From assembly GCF_006345805.1 (NCBI RefSeq), contig NC_042997.1:200570001-200634000 (forward strand): DNA of 64,000 bases, in the 5' to 3' direction. The notes under the pieces are model-generated. The model was not told the origin of the DNA and searched no databases. It saw only the letters and a program-made list of their open reading frames with translations. This document shows positions 13,138 through 25,029 of the stretch, one piece after another (position 1 is the first letter of the stretch; the number at the start of each line of letters is the position of its first letter). The position numbers were made by a program, and so were the translations under genes. This stretch comes from Octopus sinensis. Its lineage: Eukaryota.

Positions 13138-13529
13138 TATATATAAATTAAAATATGGTCTTGAAACAGCATTAGATGAAAAAGCTAGTGTGCAAAACAT
13201 TTATAATAGGGGTAGGGAAGACAAACAGAAAAAAGTAGGAACAAAAAAAGCCACGAAGAAGTCTAACTTCTTGTGAAATTGTCACCCCTACCCTGGGCTA
13301 GTTTTTGAGTAAGATAGCCAATGAGAACACATGTGCTGTATATTTGGTGTTCACTTGCTTCATACAAATTGGCAGATCGTTAGTAAGGAGAGACACAAAA
13401 TTGAAAGAAGAGAGCAAAGGACCACTGATGAGGTCAGGGAATTGTGATGAAAGAACTCTGGCCAAAATACAATTAATATAAAATTAAGCTGGAGCAAGTA
13501 AACACCAAATGTACAGTGCATGTTTTTAT

Positions 13530-13765
13530 TACTCTTTTACTTGTTTCAGTCATTTGACTGTGGCCAGGCTGGAGCACCGCCTTTAGTCGAGCAAATCGAC
13601 CGCAGGACTTATTCTTTGTAAGCCTAATATTTATTTTATCAGTTTCTTTTGCCGAACCGCTAAGTTACGGGGACGTAAACACACTGGCTTCGGTTGTCAA
13701 GTGATGTTAGGGGGACAAACACAGACACACAAACTCATACACACACACACACACACACCACACAC

Positions 13766-13804
<39 letters not shown>

Positions 13805-13965
13805 TATGACGGGCTTCTTTCAGTTTCTGTCTACCAAATCCACTCACAAGGCTTTGGTCGGCTCGAGGCTATAGTAGAAGACAACTTGCCCAAGGTGCCA
13901 CACAGTGGGACTGAACCGGGAACCATGTCGTTGGTAAGGAAGCTACTTACCACACAGTCACTCCT
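13530..13965 (-). mobile_element. SINE A, near full length
   Basis: Reverse-complement match to 51143-51545. Confidence 0.9.
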
Positions 13966-14544
13966 GCACTTAAATGGTACCAGTTTAGCCTATTGGCTAA
14001 ACTGGCAACATGGCCATCACCAAATACAACAATATATATATGATATATATAATAAAACTTAACAATTTGATAAAAGTACCAGTTTGAAAGATATAGTTGG
14101 GTCAATATATATATGACTAACATTCTTTCCAAGTTCTGACTTAGCATCGCTGCAACCCAACGGTTGGAGATGGCTAAAAAATGAAAGAAATCAATTCAAG
14201 GAAAAAAAATAAATTGCTGACAATCAATAGAATTATGGGTAAACATGAATTTTGTGTTGACTTGGCAAAATAGAATTGATGATAATAGCATGAATGGAAG
14301 TATATTTTGACGCTGTTTACGCATGGAGTGAAGGCTATTGAAGTATGGCCATTGATGTCTGGCTTGTTAACTTTATTGAGTGTCATGTGAGATTCAGTTT
14401 AATAATCGCTACTATTACTGCAGAATAGTTGTTGTTGCTGTTTAGATTCAGATTGGCTCTGATTGTGCAAAAGGCATTCCAGCCATGACCAACCTGCTTG
14501 GTCTTAGAAAAACGCACTGCCCAATGTGTTTTTACAAATGTAAG

Positions 14545-15130
14545 AAGGTAGGTGGCAGAAACGTTAGCATGCCGGGCGAAATGCTTAGCAGTATTTAGTC
14601 TGCCGCTATGTTCTGAGTTCAAATTCCGCCGAGGTCGACTTTCGGGGTCGATAAATTAAGTACCAGTTACGCACTGGGGTCGATGTAATCAACTTAATCC
14701 CTTTGTCTGTCCTTCTTTGTCCTCTCTGTGTGTAGCCCCTTGTGGGTAGTAAAGAAATGGGTATTTGGTCTGCTGCTATGTTCTGAGTTCAAATTCTGCC
14801 GAGGTCTACTTTGCCTTTCATCCTCTCAGGGTCGATAAATTACGTACCAGTTACGCACTGGGGTCGATGTAATCGACTTAATCCATCTGTCTGTCCTTGT
14901 TTGTCCCCTCTGTGTGTAGCCCCTTGTGGGTAGTAAAGAAATCGGTATTTCGTCTGCTGCTATGTTCTGAGTTCAAATTCTGCCGAGGTCGACTTTGCCT
15001 TTCATCCTCTCAGGGTCGATAAATTAAGTACCATTTACGCACTGGGGTCGATATAATCGACTTAATCCCTTTGTCTGTCCTTGTTTGTCTCCTCTGTGTT
15101 TAGCCCCTTGTGGGTAGTAAAGAAATAGGT
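14545..15130 (+). mobile_element. SINE B tandem array (one head + three ~185-bp units)
   Basis: Junction gtagtaaagaaat(g/c)ggtattt(g/c)gtc at about 14758 and 14943. Confidence 0.9.
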
Positions 15131-15292
15131 TAATTTGAGAAACATTTGAACTGATATCTAACTGACAAAACCTGTTAATTTGATCCTTGTTCTATAACTA
15201 GAGAAACCTCTTCAGTAATAGCAGGGTTTAATTTCAAGTGAAACTAAGCTTAATGGAAATATAGATGTAGCTCTCTCAATGTATATTCATGT

Positions 15293-15600
15293 GTAAAGGC
15301 ACGTGGCTTAGTGATTAGGGTATTCAGCTCACAATCATAAGGTCATGTGTTCAATTCCTGGTGACACATTGCATTCTTGATCAAGATGCTTTATTTCACA
15401 TTGCTCCAGTCCACTCGGCTGGCAAAAGTGAGTTGTACCTGTATTTCAAAAGGGCCAGCCTTGTCACACTCTGTGCCATGCTGAATCTCCCTGAGAACTA
15501 TGTTAAGGGTACACGTGTTTGTTAATATCATGAGCATGCAGTTCTGTTTGTCAGTTCAACTGGAACCCTCGTCATCGTAACCAATGGAGTGCCAGTTAAT
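15293..15600 (+). mobile_element. SINE E
   Basis: aaggcacgtggcttagtgattaggg...gtgttcaattcc...ttgatcaagatgctttatttcac. Confidence 0.7.
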
Positions 15601-15636
15601 ATTCTTGTAAACAACTTGAAATGAAGAAACCAAACA

Positions 15637-15985
15637 TCATCATCATCATCATCATCATTATCATTTAACGTCTGTTTTCCATGCTAGCATGGGTTCGACG
15701 GTTCAATGACTCGCGGTCGTAGGATCGAGGTTTCGATTCCCAGACCGGGCGTTGTGAGTGTTTATTGAGCGAAAACATCTAAAGCTCCACGAAGTTCTGG
15801 CTGGGGGTGGTGGCAATCCCTGCTGTGCTCTTTCGCCACAACTTTCTCTCCTTCTTCTCTTGGCCTGCTTGCTTAGCCAGCGGGGTGGCGTCGTTTGAAG
15901 GCTAAAACAATGTGAAGCGCATTGTGATCAGCGATGTGTAGCAACATCTGATAGCCTGGTCGGTCACGGTGATCACGGCGATATA
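15637..15985. mobile_element. RTE tail (minus) fused to 5'-truncated SINE C-like copy (plus)
   Basis: (cat)n-tttaacgtctgttttccatgc followed by gactcgcggtcgtaggatcgaggtttcgattcccagaccgggc. Confidence 0.7.
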
Positions 15986-17454
15986 TATACACACACATAC
16001 ATACACGCACATATAAATGCTACTCCTTCATCAGAAAAATATCAAAAAATGAGATAAAAGTGTTGAGAAAATAAAAAATGTGGAAAAAAGAAAGAGAAAA
16101 CAAAATGGGGGCTTCTTTTGGTGTCCATCTACCAAGTCCACTCCCAAACCTTTGGTCAGCTCAAGGATCTAATTGAAGCCCCTCGCCCAAGGTGTCACAA
16201 GGTGGGACTGAACTTGACACCATGCTGGTTGGGAAGTAAGCTTCTAAACCACACAGTCTAGCTTACACACACACACACACACACACACACTCATATGTTT
16301 GTGTGTATGTAATAATATGTGTGTATATATAGAATATATGTATGTATGTGTATGTGTGTATATATATTCACATGCACACATGTATGCATATATATACATC
16401 TGTGTGTGTGTGTGTGTCCCTTTCACACACAAAGCACTAACATTCTGATTGTTTTGCTTGTTCTTTGTGGCATCAACCCTTTGATAGTTTCATATTTTTG
16501 ATGTATTTTTGATGTATTTTTTTGTCTGTATATTTACATGTAGGTCTGTGTTTGTATACATCACATGTATATACAAGCCTATGTCCACATAATTATACGC
16601 GCATATATGTACAAGTGTGCACATATATGTGTGTGTACATATGAGTATGCGGCATACATTTGTGTATATGTTTGTGTGTGTGTAATAATATTGAAATTTC
16701 CACAGCCGCAAAACCTAGCGTTTTTTGTCAACCTCCATTTGCATATTACTAATACTGTACATTTCTGTCTGCGTCAGAATTTTTATCCAGCCTCTGGGGC
16801 TTACAACATCTGAGATGCACTGAAACAGTTAATTCTCTATTATGATGAAATGTTGAATGTATTTGTCCCAAGAGAAAGAATTTAATACAAATTCCAGCTT
16901 CTTTTCTTTGATTATTTTCAAAGCTGCTTGGACTTCCATAGTTATTAATGTATCGCTATTTAATGGAACATAAAGCACTTCTACATGAACTTCTGTCATA
17001 CAATTACGACCTATAGATTTGTCTCGTCCTAAACAAGACTTTGAATTTCAACTGATGGTGAAGCTCCAGCCTGGGCGTTCAGGAGTTTGGGGAAGTATGA
17101 GGTTATTCCATAATCAGTACTACTCCCATATTCATTCTGATTTGGGGTGGTGGTTTCTGTCAAAGGGCCCCAGTTATGAGTCAATTAGCAGATGTTCTTG
17201 TGGTTCGTATCCAGAAAATTCACCATGAGAAATTTACTGCAGAGGAAAATTTGCAGTATGGACACTGATAAAATGTTTTGCATCAGCAATTTTTTTACTT
17301 AAAAAGCATAAAAAGTTTTATAAAGTTATTAAAGTTTTTATTCTATGTCAGACATAAAAAAAATGTGATGAAGTCATTTAAAATGAAATTTCTTACGATA
17401 AATGTTCCCATGGCAAAAGTGTTTGTGGTGAAATTTTTTGTACCTCCTGTGGCA

Positions 17455-17725
17455 AATCATCATTATCATCATCGTTTAACATCCGCTTTCCATGCTAGCA
17501 TGGGTTGGACGATTTGACTGAGGTCTGGCAAGTCAGATGGCTGCATCAGGCTCCAATCTGATCTGGCAGAGTTTCTACAGCTGGATGCCCTTCCTTACGC
17601 CAACCACGCCGAGCGTGTAGTTGGTGCTTTTACATGCCATGGGCACGAGGGCCAGTCAGGCAGTACTGGCAACAGCCATGCTCAAATTGTGCTTTTTATG
17701 TGCCACCTGCATAGGAGCCAGTCCA
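17455..17725 (-). mobile_element. RTE 3' tail
   Basis: catcatcatcgtttaacatccgctttccatgc...gctggatgcccttcc. Confidence 0.8.
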
Positions 17726-18421
17726 GAGATACAAAAATCTGATGAAGGTTGACCCCTGGATATGCATCACACAGGCCTACCAGTTGGTGGACATATCCTG
17801 ATGTCTTGTTGATCAGTCTCCCTAATTAGGGGTTAAACAGGTCCTGGACCTCAAGGATGAAAGCAAGAATGGAGGAGACAACCAGATCAAACACTGAACA
17901 GACTGGCAGAAGGCAACAGAAACAAAAAAACTATAACTGCATCTCGTTCCCAAGAAAAACCATCAAAGTATAGGAACAGGCATGGCTGTGTGGTAAGGGG
18001 TTTGCCATGGTTGAAAACCATTGATTTCGATTATCATGAGAAATCTATATATATCTGAAATGATATATATATATATATAAATTAAAACAAGATCTACAAG
18101 AATGTAGAGTTTACCTTATGATTGTCAGTGAATTCTAATCAGTAATATGTTATTTAAGTGGGTTTTATGCTGGCTGGTTTTCTAAATAGTTTTATTTACA
18201 CTGGAGCCTGATGTAGCCTTCTGGCTTGCCAACCCTCAGTCAAGCTGTCCAACCCATGCCAGCATGGAAGCAGACGTTAAACGAGAATGATGATGAGGAT
18301 GATGATGGCTTTGTAAAACCAACCTGCATAAAACCCACTTAAATAACGTATTACTGATTAGAATTCACGGACAATCACAAGGTAAACTCTACATTCTTGT
18401 AGATCTTGTTTTCATTTATAT

Positions 18422-18664
18422 ACATACATATATATATATGTGATCTCTTAAGCACCACCAGCTCAAATATTTTCTCCTCTGTCTTCCCCCCTTTGGATCT
18501 TTCCTTCTCCTTGTTTCCGACGAAGAGCTCCGCTCGAAACGTTAAACCCTCCTTCCCTTCTTTTCTGAGCGTCAATAATACTTTAATTGTTCCACGTCCT
18601 GCGTTGCTGTGTTTTTTTCTCTTTTTTTTCTCTTTTTTTCTGTGTTTTCTTGTTTGGATTAACC

Positions 18665-18665
<1 letters not shown>
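18422..18665 (+). mobile_element. Penelope-like terminus in (TA)n carrying a minimal hammerhead
   Basis: Same family as 28706-28925; flanked by TA tracts. Confidence 0.65.
18513..18547 (+). ncRNA. Minimal type I hammerhead, U4C core variant
   Basis: GTTT-CCGACGA-A-GAGC-tcc-GCTC-GAAA-CGTT-AAAC: perfect stems I and II, palindromic AACGTT stem III. Confidence 0.7.
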
Positions 18666-18695
<30 letters not shown>

Positions 18696-19821
18696 GATTA
18701 TTTTCTGTAAGTTATTGAATATAAAGCAGATAAAATGTTATTAACTAAGCTACCAGAAAAAGAAAAGAGCAAGAGACAAGCAATTGATAATTATCCTTTC
18801 TTTCTATATTTGTGAAATTACACAGAAAGGAATATGAAGATATCAAAAGCCTTCTGCTCACCTCTCACCTTATGCCATACCATTTGTGGAGAGGGACTCC
18901 ATCTCCCAATCATATTATGCTTTTCATTGCAGTTTCTGTTGCTACGGTTTTGGACCAGCTGCATGTTTTGCCATGGGATGTTTTTGCTGGACATCATATA
19001 TGTGGATGGTAGTTGGCTCACGTGAGCTCATCTGTCCTTTGACAGGACTTGTTTTTAGTCCTGCAGATTGTTCACAATACCTTCTTCACCCGGCAAGCCA
19101 GGTACGGAACTGGTTTAGTTACCAACCACCCAACCACGAACCAAGTAGTTCTGGGTTATATGGTTCCAGTTGCTGGATTCCCCTGACCTGCTGCCTGTGC
19201 CCATCGGTTGAACTTGATTGTTATGAATCAACAAACATTGAGCATCAACAAGTTTCTACAACATTTTACAAAGCCATCATCATCCTCATCATCATTTTCG
19301 TTTAATATCCGCTTCCCATGCTGGTATGGGTTGGACGGCTTGACTGAGGGTTGGCAAGCCAGAAGGCTGCATCAGGCTCCAATGCAAATAAAACTATTTA
19401 CAAAACCAACCTGCATAAAACCCACTTAAATAATATATCACTAATTAGAATTCACTGACAATCATAAGGTAAACTCTACATTCTTGTAGATCTTGTTTTA
19501 ATTTATATCACAGTTGGTGAACCTTTGTATAAAATCATCATCGTTTTAGTTTTCAATTTTTCATGCATGCATGGGTCAGATAAAATTCATTGAGGCAGAT
19601 TTTCTATAGTGGGATGTGCTTCATGTCAGCAATCCCCACCTGTTTATAAGTACCCTAATATTTCTCTTTAGCCAGACATGTTTACACAGAAGATTGGAAA
19701 CAAAGGACACCACTTGTATAAGGGAGACACTTGTTTACAACCCTCATGTGGTGTCAAGACAAGAAGATATGAAAATACATATATCATCATTTTAATGCTT
19801 ATTTTTCCATGCTTACACATA

Positions 19822-20027
19822 CTCTTTTACTTGTTTCAGTCATTTTGACTGCAACCATGCTGGAGCACTGCCTTTAGTTGAGCAAATCAACCCAAGACTT
19901 ATTCTTTGTAAACCTAGTACTTATTCTATTGGTCTCGTTTGCCGAATCGCTAAGTTACAGAGATGTAAACACACCAGCATTGGTTGTCAAACGATGTTGG
20001 GGGTCAAACACAGACACAGAAACATAT

Positions 20028-20064
<37 letters not shown>

Positions 20065-20225
20065 CGACGGGCTTCTTTCAGTTTCCGTTTACCAAATTCA
20101 CTCACAAGGCTTTGGTCGGCCTGAGGCTATAGTAGAAGACACTTGCCCAAGGTATCACTCAGTGGGACTAAACCTGGAAGTATGTGGTTGGTAAGCAAGC
20201 TACTTACCACACAGCCACTCCTACA
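19822..20225 (-). mobile_element. SINE A
   Basis: Full-length reverse copy. Confidence 0.9.
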
Positions 20226-20604
20226 CCAAAACGTTTACCATAAAAATATCAGCAATGCTTAACTTGAAATTATTCAATAATTTATTGTTCTGTACGAGCG
20301 TTGATTATTGCCTGACTCCATTTTCTTTTGATTTACTCTGGTCTTTTATAACATGAAACAAATATGTACTATTAGTATGATTAATACTTAGAAACAGTCC
20401 ATGTATTATTTAGTGTGTCTCTTTGTCTGCATGTGGAGTGGAGAAAGAGACAAGATAAAGTACCAAGCGACCCAAACTGATGGCATGGTTTAAATAGAGA
20501 TATGTTGTATTTATGTCATTAACCCACTGAATGTTGAGTGGCTGTTAGATAAGAAGTTTGCTTTTCAGCCACCATATGGTCAAGCATTCAGAGGAACTGA
20601 ACCC

Positions 20605-20968
20605 AGGACCATATATATGATCACTGCCAGGGCAGCTGACTGGCTCCCATGCCGGTGCCATGTAAAAAGAACCATTTGAGTGTGATCATTACCAATGTTG
20701 CCTTACTGGCACTTTTGCCGGTGGCACGTGTAAAACAACATTCGAACAAGGTCGTTGCCAGTGCCACCTGACTGGCCCCCATGCGAGTGGCACATAAAAG
20801 CAGCCACTACACTCTCAGAGTTGTTGGCGTTAGGAAGGGCATCCAGCTGTAGAAACTCTGCCAAATCAGATTGAAGCCTGGTGCAGCCATCTGGCTCGCC
20901 AGTCCTCAGGCAAATCGTTCAACCCATGCCAGCATGGAAAGCAGACGTTAAACGATGATGATGATGAT
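20605..20968 (+). mobile_element. RTE 3'UTR/tail
   Basis: ggttggcgttaggaagggcatccagctgtagaaac...cagacgttaaacgatgatg. Confidence 0.8.
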
Positions 20969-20985
20969 GGTGGTAGAGAGAGAGA

Positions 20986-21381
20986 GAGAGAAGATAAGAA
21001 ATGGAACAATAATTAACAATGAGAAGTGGATCATTGGTGTTTAAAAGTCATTGTTTAATTGTGTTTGGAACCATTTACAGCTGTTTCTGTTTATCAAATC
21101 AAAGTAAATTTACATTTACCTCGTTACGTTTAATAAACAAGTCACTAAAATGTAAGCCTAAAGTATTAACAAACTTTCTTCTCTTTCTTTTTCTTTGCCT
21201 TTCTTTTCCCTCTAATTATTCTGAAGGTATTTATTAAATGTAACAAGGTAAATGTAAATTTACTCTGATTTGATAAATAGAAACAGCTGTAAATGGTTCC
21301 AAACTACAATTAAATAATGACTTTTTAACACTAATGATCCACTTCCCATTGTTAATTATTGCTCCATTTCTTATCTTCTCT
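20986..21381. repeat. Foldback / MITE-like element (~150-bp arms, ~90-bp spacer)
   Basis: 20986-21137 vs 21230-21381 inverted, few mismatches by eye. Confidence 0.85.
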
Positions 21382-21574
21382 GTATATATAGGTTTACCTT
21401 TAAATTACCTACTACTGTATACCTTATAACTCGGACTATACATAGTGAAGTAATACACCAGGAGTGTCTATGAATACATCTATTCCTTAGATGGTTGCAT
21501 AACCTCTAACTTATATCTTGCTATATAAATATATATATATATCTGAGTGTGTGTGTGTTTTTATCCCCAACCAC

Positions 21575-21790
21575 TGCTTTTTATTGGAGGCACAAAGCCT
21601 CAGATTCAGTCAGAGGGGACTAGTCAATTAGATCAACCCCAGTACACAACTGGTACTTAATATATCTACCCCAAAAAGATAAAAGATAAAGTTGACCTCG
21701 GCAGAGTTTGAACTCAGAATGTGAAGACGGGTGAAATGCCATTAAGCATTCTGCCCAGCGTGCTAATGATTCTGCCAACTTGCTGCCTTA
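21575..21790 (-). mobile_element. SINE B (degenerate)
   Basis: actggtactt...aaagttgacctcggcagagtttgaactcag. Confidence 0.75.
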
Positions 21791-22029
21791 TTTTAGATTA
21801 TAATAATGAACTTATCTTTTACTCTTCAAATAAAACCCTTTATGGTGGTGCCCTTGAAAGATTTTAGCTCAACAAATTGACCCCAGTACTTATTATTCTT
21901 AAGTCTGGTCCTTATTCTCTCAATCTCTTTTGCTGAACTACTAAGTTACTAAAAGAAGCCAGTTGTGTATATATAGTCCTTGATAAAGATTTTGGAGTAT
22001 ATATATATATATATATAGCTTGACAACTG

Positions 22030-22312
22030 ATGAAATTTGAACTCAGAACATAATGGCAGACAAAATACCTATTTCTCTATTGCCCACAAGGGGCTAAACA
22101 CAGAGAGGACAAACAAGGACAGACAAGGATAGACAAACGGATTAAGTCGATTATATCAACCCCAGTGCGTAACTGGTACTTATTTAATCGACCCCGAAAG
22201 GATGAAAGGCAAAGTCAATCTCGGCGGAATTTGAACTCAGAACGTAGCTGCAAATGAAACACCACTAAGCATTTCACCCAGCATGCTAACGATTCCACCA
22301 GCACGCCACCCT
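22030..22312 (-). mobile_element. SINE B with partial second unit
   Basis: Contains the array junction gacaaaatacctatttctct at about 22059-22080. Confidence 0.8.
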
Positions 22313-22854
22313 GAATGAAGGATATTATTATAATTTTAAATGGTGATAGTCTCCATAAATATTTCAGCCCTCAGTGGGTTAATGACATAAATATAATGTA
22401 TCTCTATTTAAACCATGTTTAGGTCACTAGGTACTTTATCTTGTCTCTTTCTCCATTCCACATGCAGACAAAGAGACACACTAAATAATACATGGACTGT
22501 TTCTAAGTATTAATTATACTAATAGTACATATTTGTTTTGTGTTATAAAAGACCAGAGTAAATCAAAAGAAAATGGAGTCAGGCAGTAATCAACGCTCGG
22601 CTCGCTCGTACAGAACAATAAATTCTGAAATACTTTCAAGTTGAACACTGGAACTGTTTTTATGGCACCAATTTGTGGTGTATTTATTCATAATCATTAT
22701 AGATTCTGTTCTGTGACTGTAGATTTGTCTGTAGTGATTTCAGCCGAAGAATTTATTTATTACATTTCGGTTTATTCAGGAGGTTGGAATTAGTGTGCGT
22801 CCTCAGAATATATATATATATATATATAGGAGTAGGTAAATATGAATATATTAA

Positions 22855-23670
22855 ATATATGTGTGTGTGTGTTTGTGTGTGGGTAGGTATGTGTGTGTGT
22901 GCGTGTTTGTGTGTATATGTGTGTGTGTATGAGAGAGTACATGTGTGTGTGATTATATGTGTGTGCATTTTTGCGTGTGAGTATATGAGTGTGTATGTAT
23001 GTGTGTGCACGTGTTCGTGTGAGTATATGCATGTGTGTATGTGTGTTTGTATGTGTGTGTGTGTGTATGTTTGTGTGTATATGTGTGTGTATATGAGAGG
23101 GTATATGTGTGTGTGTGTGTGTATATGTGTGTGCATGAGAGGGTATATGTGTGTGTGTGTATGTGTGTGCACATGTTCATGTGAGTATATGCATGTGTGT
23201 ATGTGTGTTTGTATGTGTGTGTGTGTATATGTGTGTGTATGAGAGAGCATATGTGTGTGTGATTATATGTGTGCGTATGTTTGTGTGTGCATTTGTGCGT
23301 GTGAGTATATGAGTGTGTGTGTTTGTGTGTGCACGTGTTCATGTGAGTATATGCGTGTGTGTATGTGTGTTTGTATGTGTGTGTGTGTGTATGTTTGTGT
23401 GTATATGTGTGTGCATGAGAGGGTATATGTGTGTGTGTGATTATATGTGTGTGTATGTTTGTGTGTGCATTTGTGCGTGTGAGTATATGAGTGTGTGTGT
23501 ATGTGTGTGCACATGTTCATGTGAGTATATGCATGTGTGTATGTGTGTTTGTATGTGTATGTGTGTGTGTGTGTTTGTGTGACTATATGTGTGTATGTGA
23601 GTAAGTGTGATCTTCATCATTTAATGTCCATCTTTCATTTTGGCATGCAATATATGTATATGTGTGTGTG
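22855..23670. repeat. Cryptic (TG/TA) minisatellite with higher-order units
   Basis: Recurring blocks gattatatgtgtg...catttgtgcgtgtgagtatatgagtg...gcacatgttcatgtgagtatatgc...atgagagggtatatg. Confidence 0.9.
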
Positions 23671-23684
23671 TATGTATATATAAT

Positions 23685-24080
23685 CTTTTACTCTTTTACT
23701 TGTTTCAGTCATTTGACTGCAGCCATGCTGGAGCACTGCCTCTAGTCGAGCTAATCGACCCCAGGACTTATTCTTTGGAAGCCTAGTACTTATTCTATCG
23801 GTCTCTTTTGCCGAACCGCGAAGTTACAGGGACATAAATGCACTAGCATCAGTTGTCAAGCGATGTTGGGGGGACAAACACAGACACTCACATATATATA
23901 CATATACATATACATTTATACGATGAGCTTCTTTCAGTTTCCGTCTACCAAATCCACTCAAGGCTTTGGTTGGCCCGAGGCTATAGTAGAAGACACTTGC
24001 CCAAGGTACCATGCAGTGGGACTGAACCCGGAACCATGAGGCTGGTAAGCAAGCTACTTACCACACAGCCACTCCTGTGC
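23685..24080 (-). mobile_element. SINE A
   Basis: Full-length reverse copy. Confidence 0.9.
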
Positions 24081-24103
24081 CTAGAGCATATATATATATA
24101 TAT

Positions 24104-24968
24104 AATAATAATAAAGGGTGAAATTAAATAATTTAGAAATAATCATTAATTTCACCAAGTAGAGTTCGGCATGTAAAAGACCCATTCAAGGAAGGTTTAA
24201 GTAATACTAAGTAATTAAGGGTTCAGCAACGATTTGCCTCACCACACACCGAATTTAGAAATAGCAGTCAAAAAGTTTTGGCTATTCTTTCTACTTAAAA
24301 GGGAGATCCCAGTAAAACCAAAGCACTTAAAAAACAAACGACACAGGTAAAAGAGAAAGAAATGACAAAAATCATTCTATATTAAGTTACCTACGGACGC
24401 ACGTTTCGGAATTAAGTCATTGTAGAGCATAAAAAATAAATAATTATATCTTACCTGACTATTTTCCTCCTCAGCGTAGGATTCTTCAATTATACATAAT
24501 TGCGTCTCAATTATTAATAATTGTGTATTAAATTTGAAGGCCATAGAAGACATCACCTCAACTCATGGTATCAGAGAGAGCGTAAGTCCTGCCAGTACCG
24601 CCAAATTTAAAGGGTGAATGAAAGTAAGTCACCTTCCCCTGTCCACCAGCGTGTTGCCAAAATAAGATGCTACAGTTTTTTACTGGGAGGAAATACAATT
24701 ATCAATAATAATAAAGAGTGAAATTAAATAATTTAGAAATAATCATTAATTTCACCAAGTAGAGTAGTTCAGCATGTAAAAGACCCATTTTTAATATAGA
24801 ATGATTTTCGTCATTTCTTTCTCTTTTACCTGCGTCGTTTGCTTTTTAAGTGCTTTGGTTTTACTGGGATCTCCATTCTAAGTAGAAAGAATAGCCAAAA
24901 CGTTTTGACTGCTATTTCTAAATTCGGTGTGTGGTGAGGCAAATCGTTGCTGAACCCTTAATTACTTA

Positions 24969-24971
<3 letters not shown>
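24104..24971. mobile_element. Penelope-like rearranged terminus, structure A-B-C-A-B(inverted), in (TA)n
   Basis: A: 24104-24186 / 24704-24789 direct; B: 24205-24385 / 24791-24971 inverted; GAAACGTGCGTC hammerhead-like half on the minus strand at about 24393-24425. Confidence 0.65.

Positions 24972-25029
<58 letters not shown>

Larger units (their letters stand above)
18075..19508. repeat. Local inverted duplication with a third internal copy
   Basis: 18075-18318 is the reverse complement of 19264-19508; the segment at 18075-18181 recurs inverted at 18315-18421. Confidence 0.85.
20261..22642. repeat. Inverted repeat pair (~270 bp arms, ~1.8 kb spacer)
   Basis: 20261-20530 vs 22371-22642, e.g. 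gcctgactccattttcttttgatttactctgg / ccagagtaaatcaaaagaaaatggagtcaggc. Confidence 0.85.

Noticed and set aside
16778-17020. Possible exon or hAT C-terminal relic
   Set aside because: Acceptor-like site but frames close quickly; motif resemblance is not reproducible.
18812-19305. Overlapping ORFs up to 139 aa inside the inverted duplication
   Set aside because: No recognisable domain or convincing splice sites; probably a decayed TE fragment.
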